A stretch of DNA of 25,551 nt from a bacterium (GCA_043803945.1 JAZDJN010000092.1:1-25551); one strand, 5' to 3'. Counted from the first letter of the stretch, positions 1 to 8,710 are shown. Notes: generated by a model from the sequence alone, not told the origin. Numbers and translations are program-made.

Positions 1-86
1 GTTGACACTAATTTTCCATATCGCTTGTTTAATCGTTTATCCCCTATCGCTACGTGCTTGAGCTCTTCTGTTATCCATCGCTCCAT
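1..86 (-). CDS. IS4-family transposase, N-terminal fragment (runs off the window)
   Basis: Not in the ORF track. My translation is MERWITEELKHVAIGDKRLNKRYGKLVS, matching the Tn5-type DNA-binding motif W..EE.....GD.RL..R. RBS-like AAAGGA lies at 95-100 on the minus strand. Confidence 0.85.
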   Translation of the reverse strand, partial: MERWITEELKHVAIGDKRLNKRYGKLVS

Positions 87-97
87 GATATTGTTCC

Positions 98-140
98 TTT
101 CAATATGTTATCGTATACTTATCTCAATAACATATTGAAA
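98..140. promoter_or_regulatory. Perfect 14-bp inverted repeat in the transposase leader, touching the RBS
   Basis: TTTCAATATGTTAT (98-111) and ATAACATATTGAAA (127-140), with a 15-nt loop. Confidence 0.55.
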
Positions 141-225
141 AATAAACGTCTTGTACAAGTCCTCTCACCCTTCTCACGAATTGTGGGTAATGAGAAGCAT
201 CAATTGGGAGAGGGAATGAGCCCGC

Positions 226-251
226 CCGCCTGACCACGTGCGGTCGGGCGG
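226..251. repeat. GC-rich REP-like hairpin, possibly also a terminator for the DUF5107 gene
   Basis: CCGCCTGACC-ACGTGC-GGTCGGGCGG lies about 50 nt downstream of the stop at 299. It loosely resembles the CCTGCCTGC...GCAGGCAGG element at 5033. Confidence 0.45.
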
Positions 252-298
252 TGGGGAGGGCACTAGAAAAACAATCGCATAAAGAATAATCTATACCA

Positions 299-3200
299 CT
301 ATTCATTTCGAAGTATCTGCAACACTTCCACTACCAGTTGAGAAAAAGAATACATGCCGTTTAAGACATTAGGCTCCGCAGCATTAATCTTCTGTTGCAT
401 TTCCTTTGTGTCTGACACACTCAACCGTTTAAATGCTTTCCCAAGTTCTTCCTGTTTCCCAAGTTCTTTGAGAGCGAGCATATTAAGTAAACTGCCGCCG
501 CGTGAATCCGATGCCGCATCACCTGTAGATGCAGTCACGCGTTTGAACAGAGTTGCTGCTTCGGTCTTCTTGTTCAGATTCTTCTGACAAACAGCTTCCA
601 GATAATTCTCAAGGCGGTCATCCACTTCATAGGGTTTGCCTACTCCGAGGCGCTCCGGCCAATCGCGTGCCTTCTTTATTAAACTGATCGCATCGCCAAC
701 CTTCTTCTCCTTCATCAACTCTGCAGCCCTCAAAACGCACACCTGCCGGTATGCTTCTCGACCATACTGCGCACCTTCAAAAGGAAGAATTGTGATTGTG
801 TCAAGAATTGCGAGGCTTGCAGTATAGTTACGATTGAGGAGCAAAGTGCGGGCATGATTGAATTGCACCACATAGCTCGTTGGGAATTTCTGGACGCTTC
901 TGCCGGTGATTTCGAGGGTTTTACTGAACTCCCCGTGCTCAGTATAATAATCGGCAAGTACACGGTATGCACGCCATTCATTCGGACCTTTCTCCAGTGC
1001 ACGGAGATAATCCTGGAGAGCAAGACTTGAATTTTTCGCCTTCATGAAATTCGCTCGTGTAACATAGAATGCAGCGTATTCGGGTTCATTTCCACACGCG
1101 GCAAAATACAGTTCGGCGAGCTCGGTTCTATTCTTGCTCCAGTACGCCAGAGCAAGATAATAGTTCGTCTGCCAGGCAGGCTGTTGATTCAAAGCCCAGT
1201 GGAGAATATCGATCGTCTCCGTCCGATATGGAAATACTAAATATGGAGAAGATTGAATGGCCTGATGTAAATGCACTTTACTTCGGTTTTCGTCGGCGAT
1301 CTTAGCATACAAATATGCCAACCAATATTGAACAATCGCATGCCGGGGAGACTGTTCAAGCACTTTTACTGCATCATTGAACAAGCCCAAATTGAAATAG
1401 GTGCTGGCCATTTCCAAATAAGATTCCTGAGGCAGCTCCCATCGGATCATTGATTTAAAATTGGTCAATCTCGTGTCTGTCGGATCTAATAAGTAGCTCT
1501 CGAAGTGAGCTGCATGGTTGAGAGGGTCGAGTTGAAGGATTTTTTCGATCATGCTTTTCGCATCATCGACATGCTGTTCTTTCCGAAATACTATCGCCAG
1601 GATCTGATATGCTTTGATATTGAATCGATCATAATCGAGTGCCCGCCGTGCAAACTCTTCGGCTCTGGAGAGGTCACCTTCGAGCAACGACACTTCTGCA
1701 AGCTGCTGATAGGCTGCCGAGCGGTATTCTGTGGATCGTGCGGCAGTGCCGAATCCATCCTTCGCATCATAGTAACGGCCGAGCTTCCTGTTCACGAGGC
1801 CATAGATGAAGCTTGCTTCCGGATCGTAGGCATCGTTGGTGAGCGCTACCGTGACGAACTTCAGTGCCTTTTCGTACTCCATCATCCGGTAATATACATT
1901 TGCCGCTGCCGCGATAGCAGGGGTAAATAAGTTTTCCTTTTTCAAACTTGCAAGAAATTTTTCCAGCGCCCCATTATAATCACGCTGCCTCGTTCGTTCC
2001 ACACCGTCAAGATACAATCCATAGGAAGAAGTCCAATCGAAGTTGTTGTTCGCCAGAACCGGCCGCTGCAACTTCTTTGCTTCTTCTTGTTCGGTGTTGT
2101 AGGTAATCAATTTCCCCACACTCACTTGAAGCTCTCCTTCTCCTACAGATTGAATTACATCTTTAAACGAATCCAGTGGATTGAGATCGATCTTCTTGGA
2201 GTAAATGTTTTTCCCGTTGAGCGACACTTGAATTTCCTCGCTGATCTTCTGAAGCGGGCAAAAACTGATTTTCAGTTGATTCCCCTTCCTCTCCACATTT
2301 AACGCCCCGCTCAGATTTGCCTCAACGAGTCCACCGGTACGAAGAAACGGGTACCATGCCTCATCAAAGCGTTCTGCTCCATACGGTGCAAAAGAGAGAT
2401 GCTTAAACGGTGTACGCGTGCTCCCTCCTGCTGCCTGATTGAAGAGTAACCCGGATTGAATCTCGACATACTGCTTGTTCCCCAATTCCGGGTCAGTTAA
2501 TAAATTCTTCCAGATTTCTCCCTGCCGTGAAAGTCCCCAGATCCAGATTTTCTTTCCTGGCTTATCAGTAAAGGGCGACCAATGGACGACGCCAAAATCA
2601 TCGTTTGCATAATGAGCAGCATAGAAATCTGTGTAGGTGCCAAGGACATGGTAAGATTTGTAGGATCCGAAATTATTGTTTGTATAGAAGGAGAGATTTC
2701 TTCCTTTCGAGTCTTTGGGCCAGGAGAAGTATTCACCGCCATGGCCGATGTATCCTGAACCGGGATAAATGAGATGCAGATCCTCGGATGCATCGGCAGC
2801 GGCATTCATCCAATGATAGAGCGATGTACTGAGTTCTGTCGGATTGTACCAGAAGGAGTGCGTTGTGAAATAGGCTTTGTCTTTCGACAATTTGATCTCT
2901 ACCCTCCATTCAGTGCGCGAGGGCAGATCGATTGAGCCAGCTATACAACTGACACTTCCATCGGCATTTGTGCGTGTAAGGTAATCGACGGGTGTTGCCG
3001 TTGCGGGAGTGTGGCCGATATCGCCGAAGTTGAATTCGATTCCACCAGAAGTCCACGGACCGCGCATGGCAATCTCACGAAACTTCACAACCTTATTATA
3101 ATAGATAAATGCTTTTTCAGTTTTCTTTTCAAAGGCACCTAATATCTTCCCTCCAATTTCGGGAGCAATGAGAACTTTGATATACGGATTTTCCAGTGTG

Positions 3201-3421
3201 ACAATTTTCCATTCCTTCTCGACTGGATAAAGGCTGTATCCTTCAAAACGGAAGTAGGGATAGATGTTGTTCATCCTTGCGACCGGATCGGGGTCGCCGA
3301 AGGGGTAGGTGTGGAAGAGCTGTTTGGATTCTGTGATGGTGGCTAGTTGTCCCCATACGAAATTGGAGAGACAGAGAAAATGGAAAATTAGAACAAATCG
3401 AATCTTCTTTAGAGAGGACAT
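299..3421 (-). CDS. Exported DUF5107-domain protein with C-terminal TPR repeats (about 1040 aa)
   Basis: I moved the start to ATG 3421 (MSSLKKIRFVLIFHFLCLSNFVWGQ, signal-peptide-like), which has an AAGGAG-type RBS just upstream. The N-terminal domain has YPYFRFEGY, LENPYIKV..PEIGGKI, RGPWTSGGIEFNF, PGKKIWIWG and YVEIQSG. The C-terminal half is helical TPR-like repeats. Confidence 0.8.
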   Translation of the reverse strand: MSSLKKIRFVLIFHFLCLSNFVWGQLATITESKQLFHTYPFGDPDPVARMNNIYPYFRFEGYSLYPVEKEWKIVTLENPYIKVLIAPEIGGKILGAFEKKTEKAFIYYNKVVKFREIAMRGPWTSGGIEFNFGDIGHTPATATPVDYLTRTNADGSVSCIAGSIDLPSRTEWRVEIKLSKDKAYFTTHSFWYNPTELSTSLYHWMNAAADASEDLHLIYPGSGYIGHGGEYFSWPKDSKGRNLSFYTNNNFGSYKSYHVLGTYTDFYAAHYANDDFGVVHWSPFTDKPGKKIWIWGLSRQGEIWKNLLTDPELGNKQYVEIQSGLLFNQAAGGSTRTPFKHLSFAPYGAERFDEAWYPFLRTGGLVEANLSGALNVERKGNQLKISFCPLQKISEEIQVSLNGKNIYSKKIDLNPLDSFKDVIQSVGEGELQVSVGKLITYNTEQEEAKKLQRPVLANNNFDWTSSYGLYLDGVERTRQRDYNGALEKFLASLKKENLFTPAIAAAANVYYRMMEYEKALKFVTVALTNDAYDPEASFIYGLVNRKLGRYYDAKDGFGTAARSTEYRSAAYQQLAEVSLLEGDLSRAEEFARRALDYDRFNIKAYQILAIVFRKEQHVDDAKSMIEKILQLDPLNHAAHFESYLLDPTDTRLTNFKSMIRWELPQESYLEMASTYFNLGLFNDAVKVLEQSPRHAIVQYWLAYLYAKIADENRSKVHLHQAIQSSPYLVFPYRTETIDILHWALNQQPAWQTNYYLALAYWSKNRTELAELYFAACGNEPEYAAFYVTRANFMKAKNSSLALQDYLRALEKGPNEWRAYRVLADYYTEHGEFSKTLEITGRSVQKFPTSYVVQFNHARTLLLNRNYTASLAILDTITILPFEGAQYGREAYRQVCVLRAAELMKEKKVGDAISLIKKARDWPERLGVGKPYEVDDRLENYLEAVCQKNLNKKTEAATLFKRVTASTGDAASDSRGGSLLNMLALKELGKQEELGKAFKRLSVSDTKEMQQKINAAEPNVLNGMYSFSQLVVEVLQILRNE

Positions 3422-3744
3422 TGCAGCCTCCTTCGGTATGACGGCGAGCGAAACAATCTGTCTCGTATTTGCTTGATGTGTTCGGGATTTACAGAAAAAG
3501 GTAAATGGGGAAATGAAGAAAGGCAAGGATTAATAATAGCTAAGTTGTTTTTATGAATTATTAGGCAGTCTTCTTGCTAATGAGTCATTAATAATGGATA
3601 TTTTTGTTAGAACATTCTCTATAGAATTGCCACTCCATGTTCATTAAAATCCATAACCGTGAATACCTTAATTCCATCCCTTTGAAACTTCTACAGAGAC
3701 TCGTGCGTTTCATAGTATAAAGAATTTCTATTGAGATCAGACTA

Positions 3745-4332
3745 ATGCAATTACGAAACACACCCAGAGAAAAACTACTACATGCAATCCTGTATTTTGC
3801 CTCTAACGTGAAGAATCCTTCCAAGATCAAAATCTTTAAACTTCTCTATTTTTTTAATTTTGAACACTTCAGGAATACGGGACAGAGTGTCACAAATCTT
3901 GATTACTATGCATTTGATTTTGGTCCCGTTCCAAAAGAGTTTTATCAGGAAATCAATGAGAATAGAGTGCCTTCTGATTTTTTGCCTTACTTAACGATTA
4001 TTCCTTTTACCTCAGAGGAAAGTGGTAAGAAGGGTGGAATGTTCGAAGTAAAAAAGAAACCAGACTTGACGATTTTCTCTCCACGACAACAAAAAATTCT
4101 TGAAAAACTTGCCTTCACGTTTAAGGATGTCGATGCAGGGCTGATTTCAGATGTTTCACACTTCAAAAATCATCTATGGGACCGTACCATAAAAGAAAAA
4201 GGGAAGTTTTCAAAAATAGATTATCTCTTAGCCATCGATGAGGATGCAAAGATTTCAGCAGAAGATGCTCATGAATTGCTGAGAGAGAAGCAAGAGATGT
4301 ATAATAATTTTCCTCCATCATCTACAATTTGA
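3745..4332 (+). CDS. Panacea-domain (DUF4065/SocA/GepA-like) antitoxin-family protein
   Basis: Motifs KIFKLLYF, TGQSVTNLDYYAFDFGPVP and ISDVSH...W are typical of DUF4065. The gene is AT-rich relative to its neighbours. Confidence 0.8.
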   Translation: MQLRNTPREKLLHAILYFASNVKNPSKIKIFKLLYFFNFEHFRNTGQSVTNLDYYAFDFGPVPKEFYQEINENRVPSDFLPYLTIIPFTSEESGKKGGMFEVKKKPDLTIFSPRQQKILEKLAFTFKDVDAGLISDVSHFKNHLWDRTIKEKGKFSKIDYLLAIDEDAKISAEDAHELLREKQEMYNNFPPSSTI

Positions 4333-4341
4333 GGTAGACCT

Positions 4342-4437
4342 ATGGGTAGGGGTACGGTTTACTTTCACTTCGTTAATTGCATTAAGAAACTGAAAGAGGA
4401 TATCAGTGAGAAACACTTTAAAATGATTGTTCGTTAG
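4342..4437 (+). pseudogene. 31-codon ORF right after the Panacea gene; possible internally deleted partner or toxin gene
   Basis: GAGGT RBS at 4331-4335, ATG at 4342, translation MGRGTVYFHFVNCIKKLKEDISEKHFKMIVR*. It occupies the position of a TA partner. The remnant status is inference. Confidence 0.4.
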
Positions 4438-4461
4438 TGGACTTAACGCGCATCAACTCCT

Positions 4462-4548
4462 CTATCCCGCCACCTCTCTCACCACACTCTCCATCAACTT
4501 CTCGCTCGCTGATTGTGATTGCCTGAGCTTTGCTTCTACCGCATGGCA
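4462..4548 (-). pseudogene. hsdS: C-terminal fragment of a type I R-M specificity subunit
   Basis: Not in the ORF track. Translation CHAVEAKLRQSQSASEKLMESVVREVAG* resembles the HsdS terminal helix (LCD.LE..L.QSQ...EKLM.AV..E). Confidence 0.6.
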
Positions 4549-4601
4549 ATTTAATATTGGTTGACTGATAAATAAAGACGATTCACTGCTGCTCCTAGCA
4601 A

Positions 4602-4793
4602 CTTATAGAAAAGGATGTATTCTGTTCTTTTCGGTATGACTCTTTTGAAGGATTTTCCCCTGAGGATAACTTTACCTTTTGTGAAGTATACTTCTTCTCT
4701 AACCTGGGATTGCAAATCCCATCCGGATTTTTCAATGGCTGGAGTGATGAACTTGGTGCAAATGTCCCGTTCGCTGAGGGATTTCTTATTCAT
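4602..4793 (-). pseudogene. hsdR: N-terminal 64-aa fragment of a type I restriction subunit (EcoAI/EcoEI-like)
   Basis: MNKKSLSERDICTKFITPAIEKSGWDLQSQVREEVYFTKGKVILRGK...KRTEYILFYK is the typical HsdR start. Similarity stops abruptly and the frame ends at 4551. The usual RADY motif appears as RTEY. Confidence 0.85.
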
Positions 4794-5032
4794 TTGCCGA
4801 TCAATTTCTTGATGGAGAGGGATGAAGAAAATCACATGAAATGTTCTTTTCTCCGAAGCGAATATAGGTATTCTTTCCAATGATAGCTACAAACCCCAAT
4901 CCATCATTGAATACTAAGATCCATAAGATCGTCGTTATCATTCCCGATCCTGATAATCCTGAATTTGATTTTCCAGCAAACTCTTTCCATCTTTCCATCA
5001 CTGTATAGCAGGGTGCTGAAAAAGAAAACCGC

Positions 5033-5067
5033 CCTGCCTGCCGAAGTGCCGTCGGCACGCAGGCAGG
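5033..5067. repeat. REP-like palindrome of the CCTGCCTGC...GCAGGCAGG family
   Basis: Perfect 9-bp outer arms (5033-5041 and 5059-5067) plus inner hairpin GTGCCG-T-CGGCAC. A related copy lies at 23460-23492. Confidence 0.7.
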
Positions 5068-5145
5068 CAAGACGCCAAGAGCGCCAAAGTGAATTATACT
5101 TGTATTTTCAATCAGACTTAAAGAAATCTCTTGGTGTCTTTGGCA
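5066..5145. repeat. Short tandem-repeat inverted element (GCCAAG / CTTGG type)
   Basis: Left units CGCCAAG (5073) and CGCCAAAG (5082); right units CTTGGTG (5130) and CTTTGGC (5138). Confidence 0.4.
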
Positions 5146-5213
5146 GTTCAATCATTTATTGATGATAGTTTTTTCAGCAACCTCATAGACACTGACCGAT
5201 TGGAAAACGAAGC

Positions 5214-7136
5214 ATGTACGATTTCATCTTCAAACCGTTCAACGAAATGACTGAATCCGATTACTCAACTGTCGGATTTATGTCAGGCCTTGAAATCCAT
5301 CAACAACTCTACACCGAGAAAAAGTTATTCTGCCGCTGCCCTGCAGGTCAGTATAGCGAAGTCTACGACGCCGAAATTCTGCGGCATATGCGCCCCACAC
5401 TTTCTGAGTTAGGCGAATATGACGGCACGGCACTGATGGAATTCAAGACTAAAAAAGAAATCATTTATCGCATTAAGCGTGAAACGGTTTGCACCTACGA
5501 GATGGACGACACTCCACCCTTCGAACTTAACGACCACGCGCTTGATGTTGCACTTGGTATTGCCATGCTCTATCGCTGTTTTATGGTGGACGAACTGCAC
5601 ATTGCACGAAAACAGTACCTCGATGGAAGCATTCCCACCGGATTCCAGAGAACAACAATTGTCGGTGTTGACGGAAAAATTCCCTACCGCAACCGTGAAA
5701 TCCGGATTTTTCAATTAGGATTGGAAGAAGATGCCTGCCGGGAAGTGAGCGATATCGGTCATCAGCGCGTCTATCTGACCGACCGTCTGGGCATGCCGCT
5801 CATCGAAACGGTCACGGCGCCCGATATGCGGACACCCTACGAAGTCGCAGAGGTCGGGCAGATTCTCAGACGCATCGTACGGAGCACAGGCATGGTACGT
5901 ACGGGGATTGGTGCGGCACGCCAGGATGTGAATGTGAGCGTTACGGGCGGAACCAGAGTAGAAATTAAAGGAGTTCCGCGAATCCCCAACATTCCATTGC
6001 TCACCTACAACGAAGCCATGCGGCAATGGAACCTGCTGCGTCTGCGGGAGGAACTTGCTCGGCGCGGAATCACTCCAGAGACATTCTGGTCACGTACCGA
6101 ACAGGTAACCAAACTCCTGAAGAAGACACGATTCCATCCAATTGCAAGTGCGCTCAATTCCGGAATGGTGGCGTATGCGGTTATCCTTCAGGGCTACAAA
6201 GGATTGCTTCGCTGGCAAACACAAACCGATACATTTTTCTCACGGGAAATTTCTGATCGCGTTCGTGTCATCGCATGCCTCACCACACTTCCCAACATCG
6301 TCCATTCAGACAGCCCGAGTGAAACACTCTCGACGTCCGACTGGAAAGCGATCAGGAAAGCCACCGGTACAACTGAAGATGACACTGTCGTAGTTGTGTG
6401 GGGCGATAAACAGGATTCAGAGACAGGAGCGAAAGAAATTGCGATTCGTGCAAAGGAAGCGACAATCGGAATACCTTCAGAAACTCGACAGGCATTGAGC
6501 GATGGAACAAATGGTTTTGAACGTATCCTTCCGGGCCCAGATCGGATGTACCCTGACACTGACTTGCCGCCAAAGAAAGTCACTCCCGAACGACTTGAGA
6601 GCATTCGTATCGCATTGCCTCAACCTGTTTGGCTGCGAGAAGCGTGGTATCAGACGCTCGGCATTCCTCAGGATGTGATCAAACCCCTGGCAATGTCTCC
6701 CTTTGCAGATCTTTTCGAAACCGTCACGAAAGAGTGGCAGTTCAATCCCTCTCTCGCATCGGTCGCACTGGTTCAATGGCGAAAGAGGTTGAAACGGAAA
6801 GGACTAAACGTCTCTCTCTTGACAGTCGAAATCATGAAATCAATATTTCAATTATTTCATAAGAAGCATATTGCCAAGGAGGGAATCTCTCTCCTGATGG
6901 AGCGGACATGCAAACGAGGAACACTCGCTGTGGAAGATATTCCTTCTCCCTGTCCTGATACTGAATTTTCTCTGATAGTGGATTCATCGCATCAGCTTAT
7001 TCACTCTCTGTCACTGCGTCATGAAGAGAAAGAAGAGGAAGTCCGGATGGGATATGTGATGAATAAACTACGGGGAAGAATCGACGGAGCAGTTGTTGCC
7101 GAACGGGTTGGATTCCGAAAGGAGGTGCAGCAATGA
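5214..7136 (+). CDS. gatE: Glu-tRNA(Gln) amidotransferase subunit E (archaeal-type)
   Basis: 640 aa with GLEIHQQL..KLFCRCP, RPTLSELGEYD, DGSIPTGFQRT, LEEDACR, DRLGMPLIE, RQDVNVSV, VEIKGV, an AspRS-like insertion (IVHSD region), LPGPDRMYPDTDLPP and a tail MGYVMNKLRGRIDG. The insertion and motifs distinguish GatE from GatB. Confidence 0.93.
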   Translation: MYDFIFKPFNEMTESDYSTVGFMSGLEIHQQLYTEKKLFCRCPAGQYSEVYDAEILRHMRPTLSELGEYDGTALMEFKTKKEIIYRIKRETVCTYEMDDTPPFELNDHALDVALGIAMLYRCFMVDELHIARKQYLDGSIPTGFQRTTIVGVDGKIPYRNREIRIFQLGLEEDACREVSDIGHQRVYLTDRLGMPLIETVTAPDMRTPYEVAEVGQILRRIVRSTGMVRTGIGAARQDVNVSVTGGTRVEIKGVPRIPNIPLLTYNEAMRQWNLLRLREELARRGITPETFWSRTEQVTKLLKKTRFHPIASALNSGMVAYAVILQGYKGLLRWQTQTDTFFSREISDRVRVIACLTTLPNIVHSDSPSETLSTSDWKAIRKATGTTEDDTVVVVWGDKQDSETGAKEIAIRAKEATIGIPSETRQALSDGTNGFERILPGPDRMYPDTDLPPKKVTPERLESIRIALPQPVWLREAWYQTLGIPQDVIKPLAMSPFADLFETVTKEWQFNPSLASVALVQWRKRLKRKGLNVSLLTVEIMKSIFQLFHKKHIAKEGISLLMERTCKRGTLAVEDIPSPCPDTEFSLIVDSSHQLIHSLSLRHEEKEEEVRMGYVMNKLRGRIDGAVVAERVGFRKEVQQ

Positions 7137-8521
7137 GTACGGAAGCCAACTATAAGGGGTATCGCGGCGAAGCGCTCTCGGTCTTAAAGAACTTTGGCGC
7201 TCAGGTCTGGAGTGATGTCGAAATCAAGACCAGCAGAGGATCTTATGCAGGAATTGTCCTGCCGCGATCTGAGACGGCGGATCCGAATCACATCGTTCTC
7301 AAATTGCGATCTGGATATAACATCGGGATTGCAGCGAATAGTATTGAAGCAATTCTTTCAATAGGAAGAAAAGAAGCACACTATAAAATTCCCGAGAAAG
7401 AATTTCCTTACGATCCAAAAAAACCGCGGGTCAAGCTTCTCGGAACAGGCGGTACGATTGCCAGCAGGCTCGACTATCGAACAGGCGCCGTGATCCCTGC
7501 CTTTTCTCCCGGAGAGTTGTATGGCTCTGTGCCCGAACTTGCCGACATCTGTAATCTCGAGACTGAAAAATTGTACGGGGTCTTCAGCGAAAATATGGGC
7601 CCCGAACAGTGGCGCGGTACTGCAGAAGCAATCGGGCGGGAAATCCAAAAAGGTGTGCAGGGAATTGTTATCGGGCATGGTACAGACACGATGCACCATA
7701 CAGCCGGTATTCTTTCCTTTATGGTTCAGAATTCTCCAGTACCAATCGTGATGGTAGGTTCTCAGCGCTCCAGCGACCGGCCCTCATCTGATGCGGCGCT
7801 GAACCTGATGCACAGTGTCAAGACTGCTGCAGAAAGTGATATTGCCGAGGTGATGGTCTGTATGTTTGGTCCAACATCGGATGACTATGGACTTCTTCAT
7901 CGCGGGACGCGTGTCCGGAAAATGCATTCAAGCTACCGATCGACATTCCGGACAATCGGCGATATACCGATTGCCATGGTGAGCCGCGAAAAGATCACAC
8001 CGCTCCGGCAGGATTACAAGCGGAGACGTGATGATAAGGATGTTATCATCAACACTGCATTCGAAGAGATGGTAAGTATCGTTTACTATTATCCTAACAT
8101 GCGCCCGGACATCATCGATTCCCTCATCGACAATAAGTATAAAGGTATCATCATCGCTGGCACCGGATTGGGCCACGTAAACAAACCCCTTTATCCTGCC
8201 CTCAAGCGAGCCAAAGAGAATAATATTGCAGTCTATATGACCGTTCAGACACTATGGGGATATGTTCAAATGTATGTGTACGACACCGGTCGGGATATGA
8301 TGGAACTCGGGGTGGTGCCCATGGCGAATATGCTGCCCGAAATCGCCTATGTTAAACTCGGTTGGGCGCTCGGCCAGACATCAAATCTCGATGAAGTGAA
8401 AAAAATCATGTTTACGCCGATCGCGGGTGAGATCACCGAACGCGAACCCAGCAACGGGTATTTGATTTTCCAGGGTGGTATTCCGGAGGTCGAAGAGTTT
8501 ATTTCGAAGTATAGAAAATAA
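7133..8521 (+). CDS. gatD: Glu-tRNA(Gln) amidotransferase subunit D (asparaginase-like glutaminase)
   Basis: 462 aa with the GatD-specific N-terminal domain (VLKLRSGYNIGI), GTGGTIASRLDYRTGAV, HGTDT, GSQRSSDRPSSD, RKMHSS, GTGLGHV and MLPEIAYVKLGWALG. ATGA overlap with the gatE stop. Confidence 0.93.
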   Translation: MSTEANYKGYRGEALSVLKNFGAQVWSDVEIKTSRGSYAGIVLPRSETADPNHIVLKLRSGYNIGIAANSIEAILSIGRKEAHYKIPEKEFPYDPKKPRVKLLGTGGTIASRLDYRTGAVIPAFSPGELYGSVPELADICNLETEKLYGVFSENMGPEQWRGTAEAIGREIQKGVQGIVIGHGTDTMHHTAGILSFMVQNSPVPIVMVGSQRSSDRPSSDAALNLMHSVKTAAESDIAEVMVCMFGPTSDDYGLLHRGTRVRKMHSSYRSTFRTIGDIPIAMVSREKITPLRQDYKRRRDDKDVIINTAFEEMVSIVYYYPNMRPDIIDSLIDNKYKGIIIAGTGLGHVNKPLYPALKRAKENNIAVYMTVQTLWGYVQMYVYDTGRDMMELGVVPMANMLPEIAYVKLGWALGQTSNLDEVKKIMFTPIAGEITEREPSNGYLIFQGGIPEVEEFISKYRK

Positions 8522-8710
8522 CCTAATCTTCAATGATAAAATGACAAACATGCCGCAACGGCTGAGAGCTTCAAGCAGAAGTATGGCAAAAAGGATCTTT
8601 GGGAATGCGCCCGCTACATGATTTTCAAGGCGTGGGGTCGAGAGCGGGTTCCTGCCGATCTGTTCCCCAACGATCAGGATCGGGCACTGGAAAAAAATCT
8701 CTTTTTCGTC

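Larger units (their letters stand above)
1..197 (-). mobile_element. IS4-family (IS50/Tn5-like) insertion sequence, left end, truncated by the window edge
   Basis: The 19-bp terminal repeat at 179-197 reads CTTCTCATTACCCACAATT on the minus strand. It is 15/19 identical to CTTATCATTACCCATATCT at 25412-25430. It lies upstream of a transposase-like start at 86. Confidence 0.85.

Noticed and set aside
3422-3526. N-terminal extensions given by the ORF track (also 10178-10222, 14501-14533 and 22632-22721)
   Set aside because: Downstream ATGs have better RBS or stop-codon overlaps and begin at the signal peptide or family N-terminus.
4801-5162. ORFs 4801-5151 (-) and 4965-5162 (+) as genes
   Set aside because: They run through REP-like repeats and show no recognisable motifs. 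At most they are degraded remnants.
5214-8521. Ordinary gatB plus L-asparaginase
   Set aside because: The first protein has the GatE-type insertion and motifs. The second has the GatD N-terminal domain and SQRSSDRPSSD.
8522-8710. Cobalamin or SAM riboswitch upstream of the corrinoid gene
   Set aside because: GGGAA and CCTGCC words are present, but I could not find the conserved core helices or a proper B12 box. An Rfam/Infernal scan would settle it.
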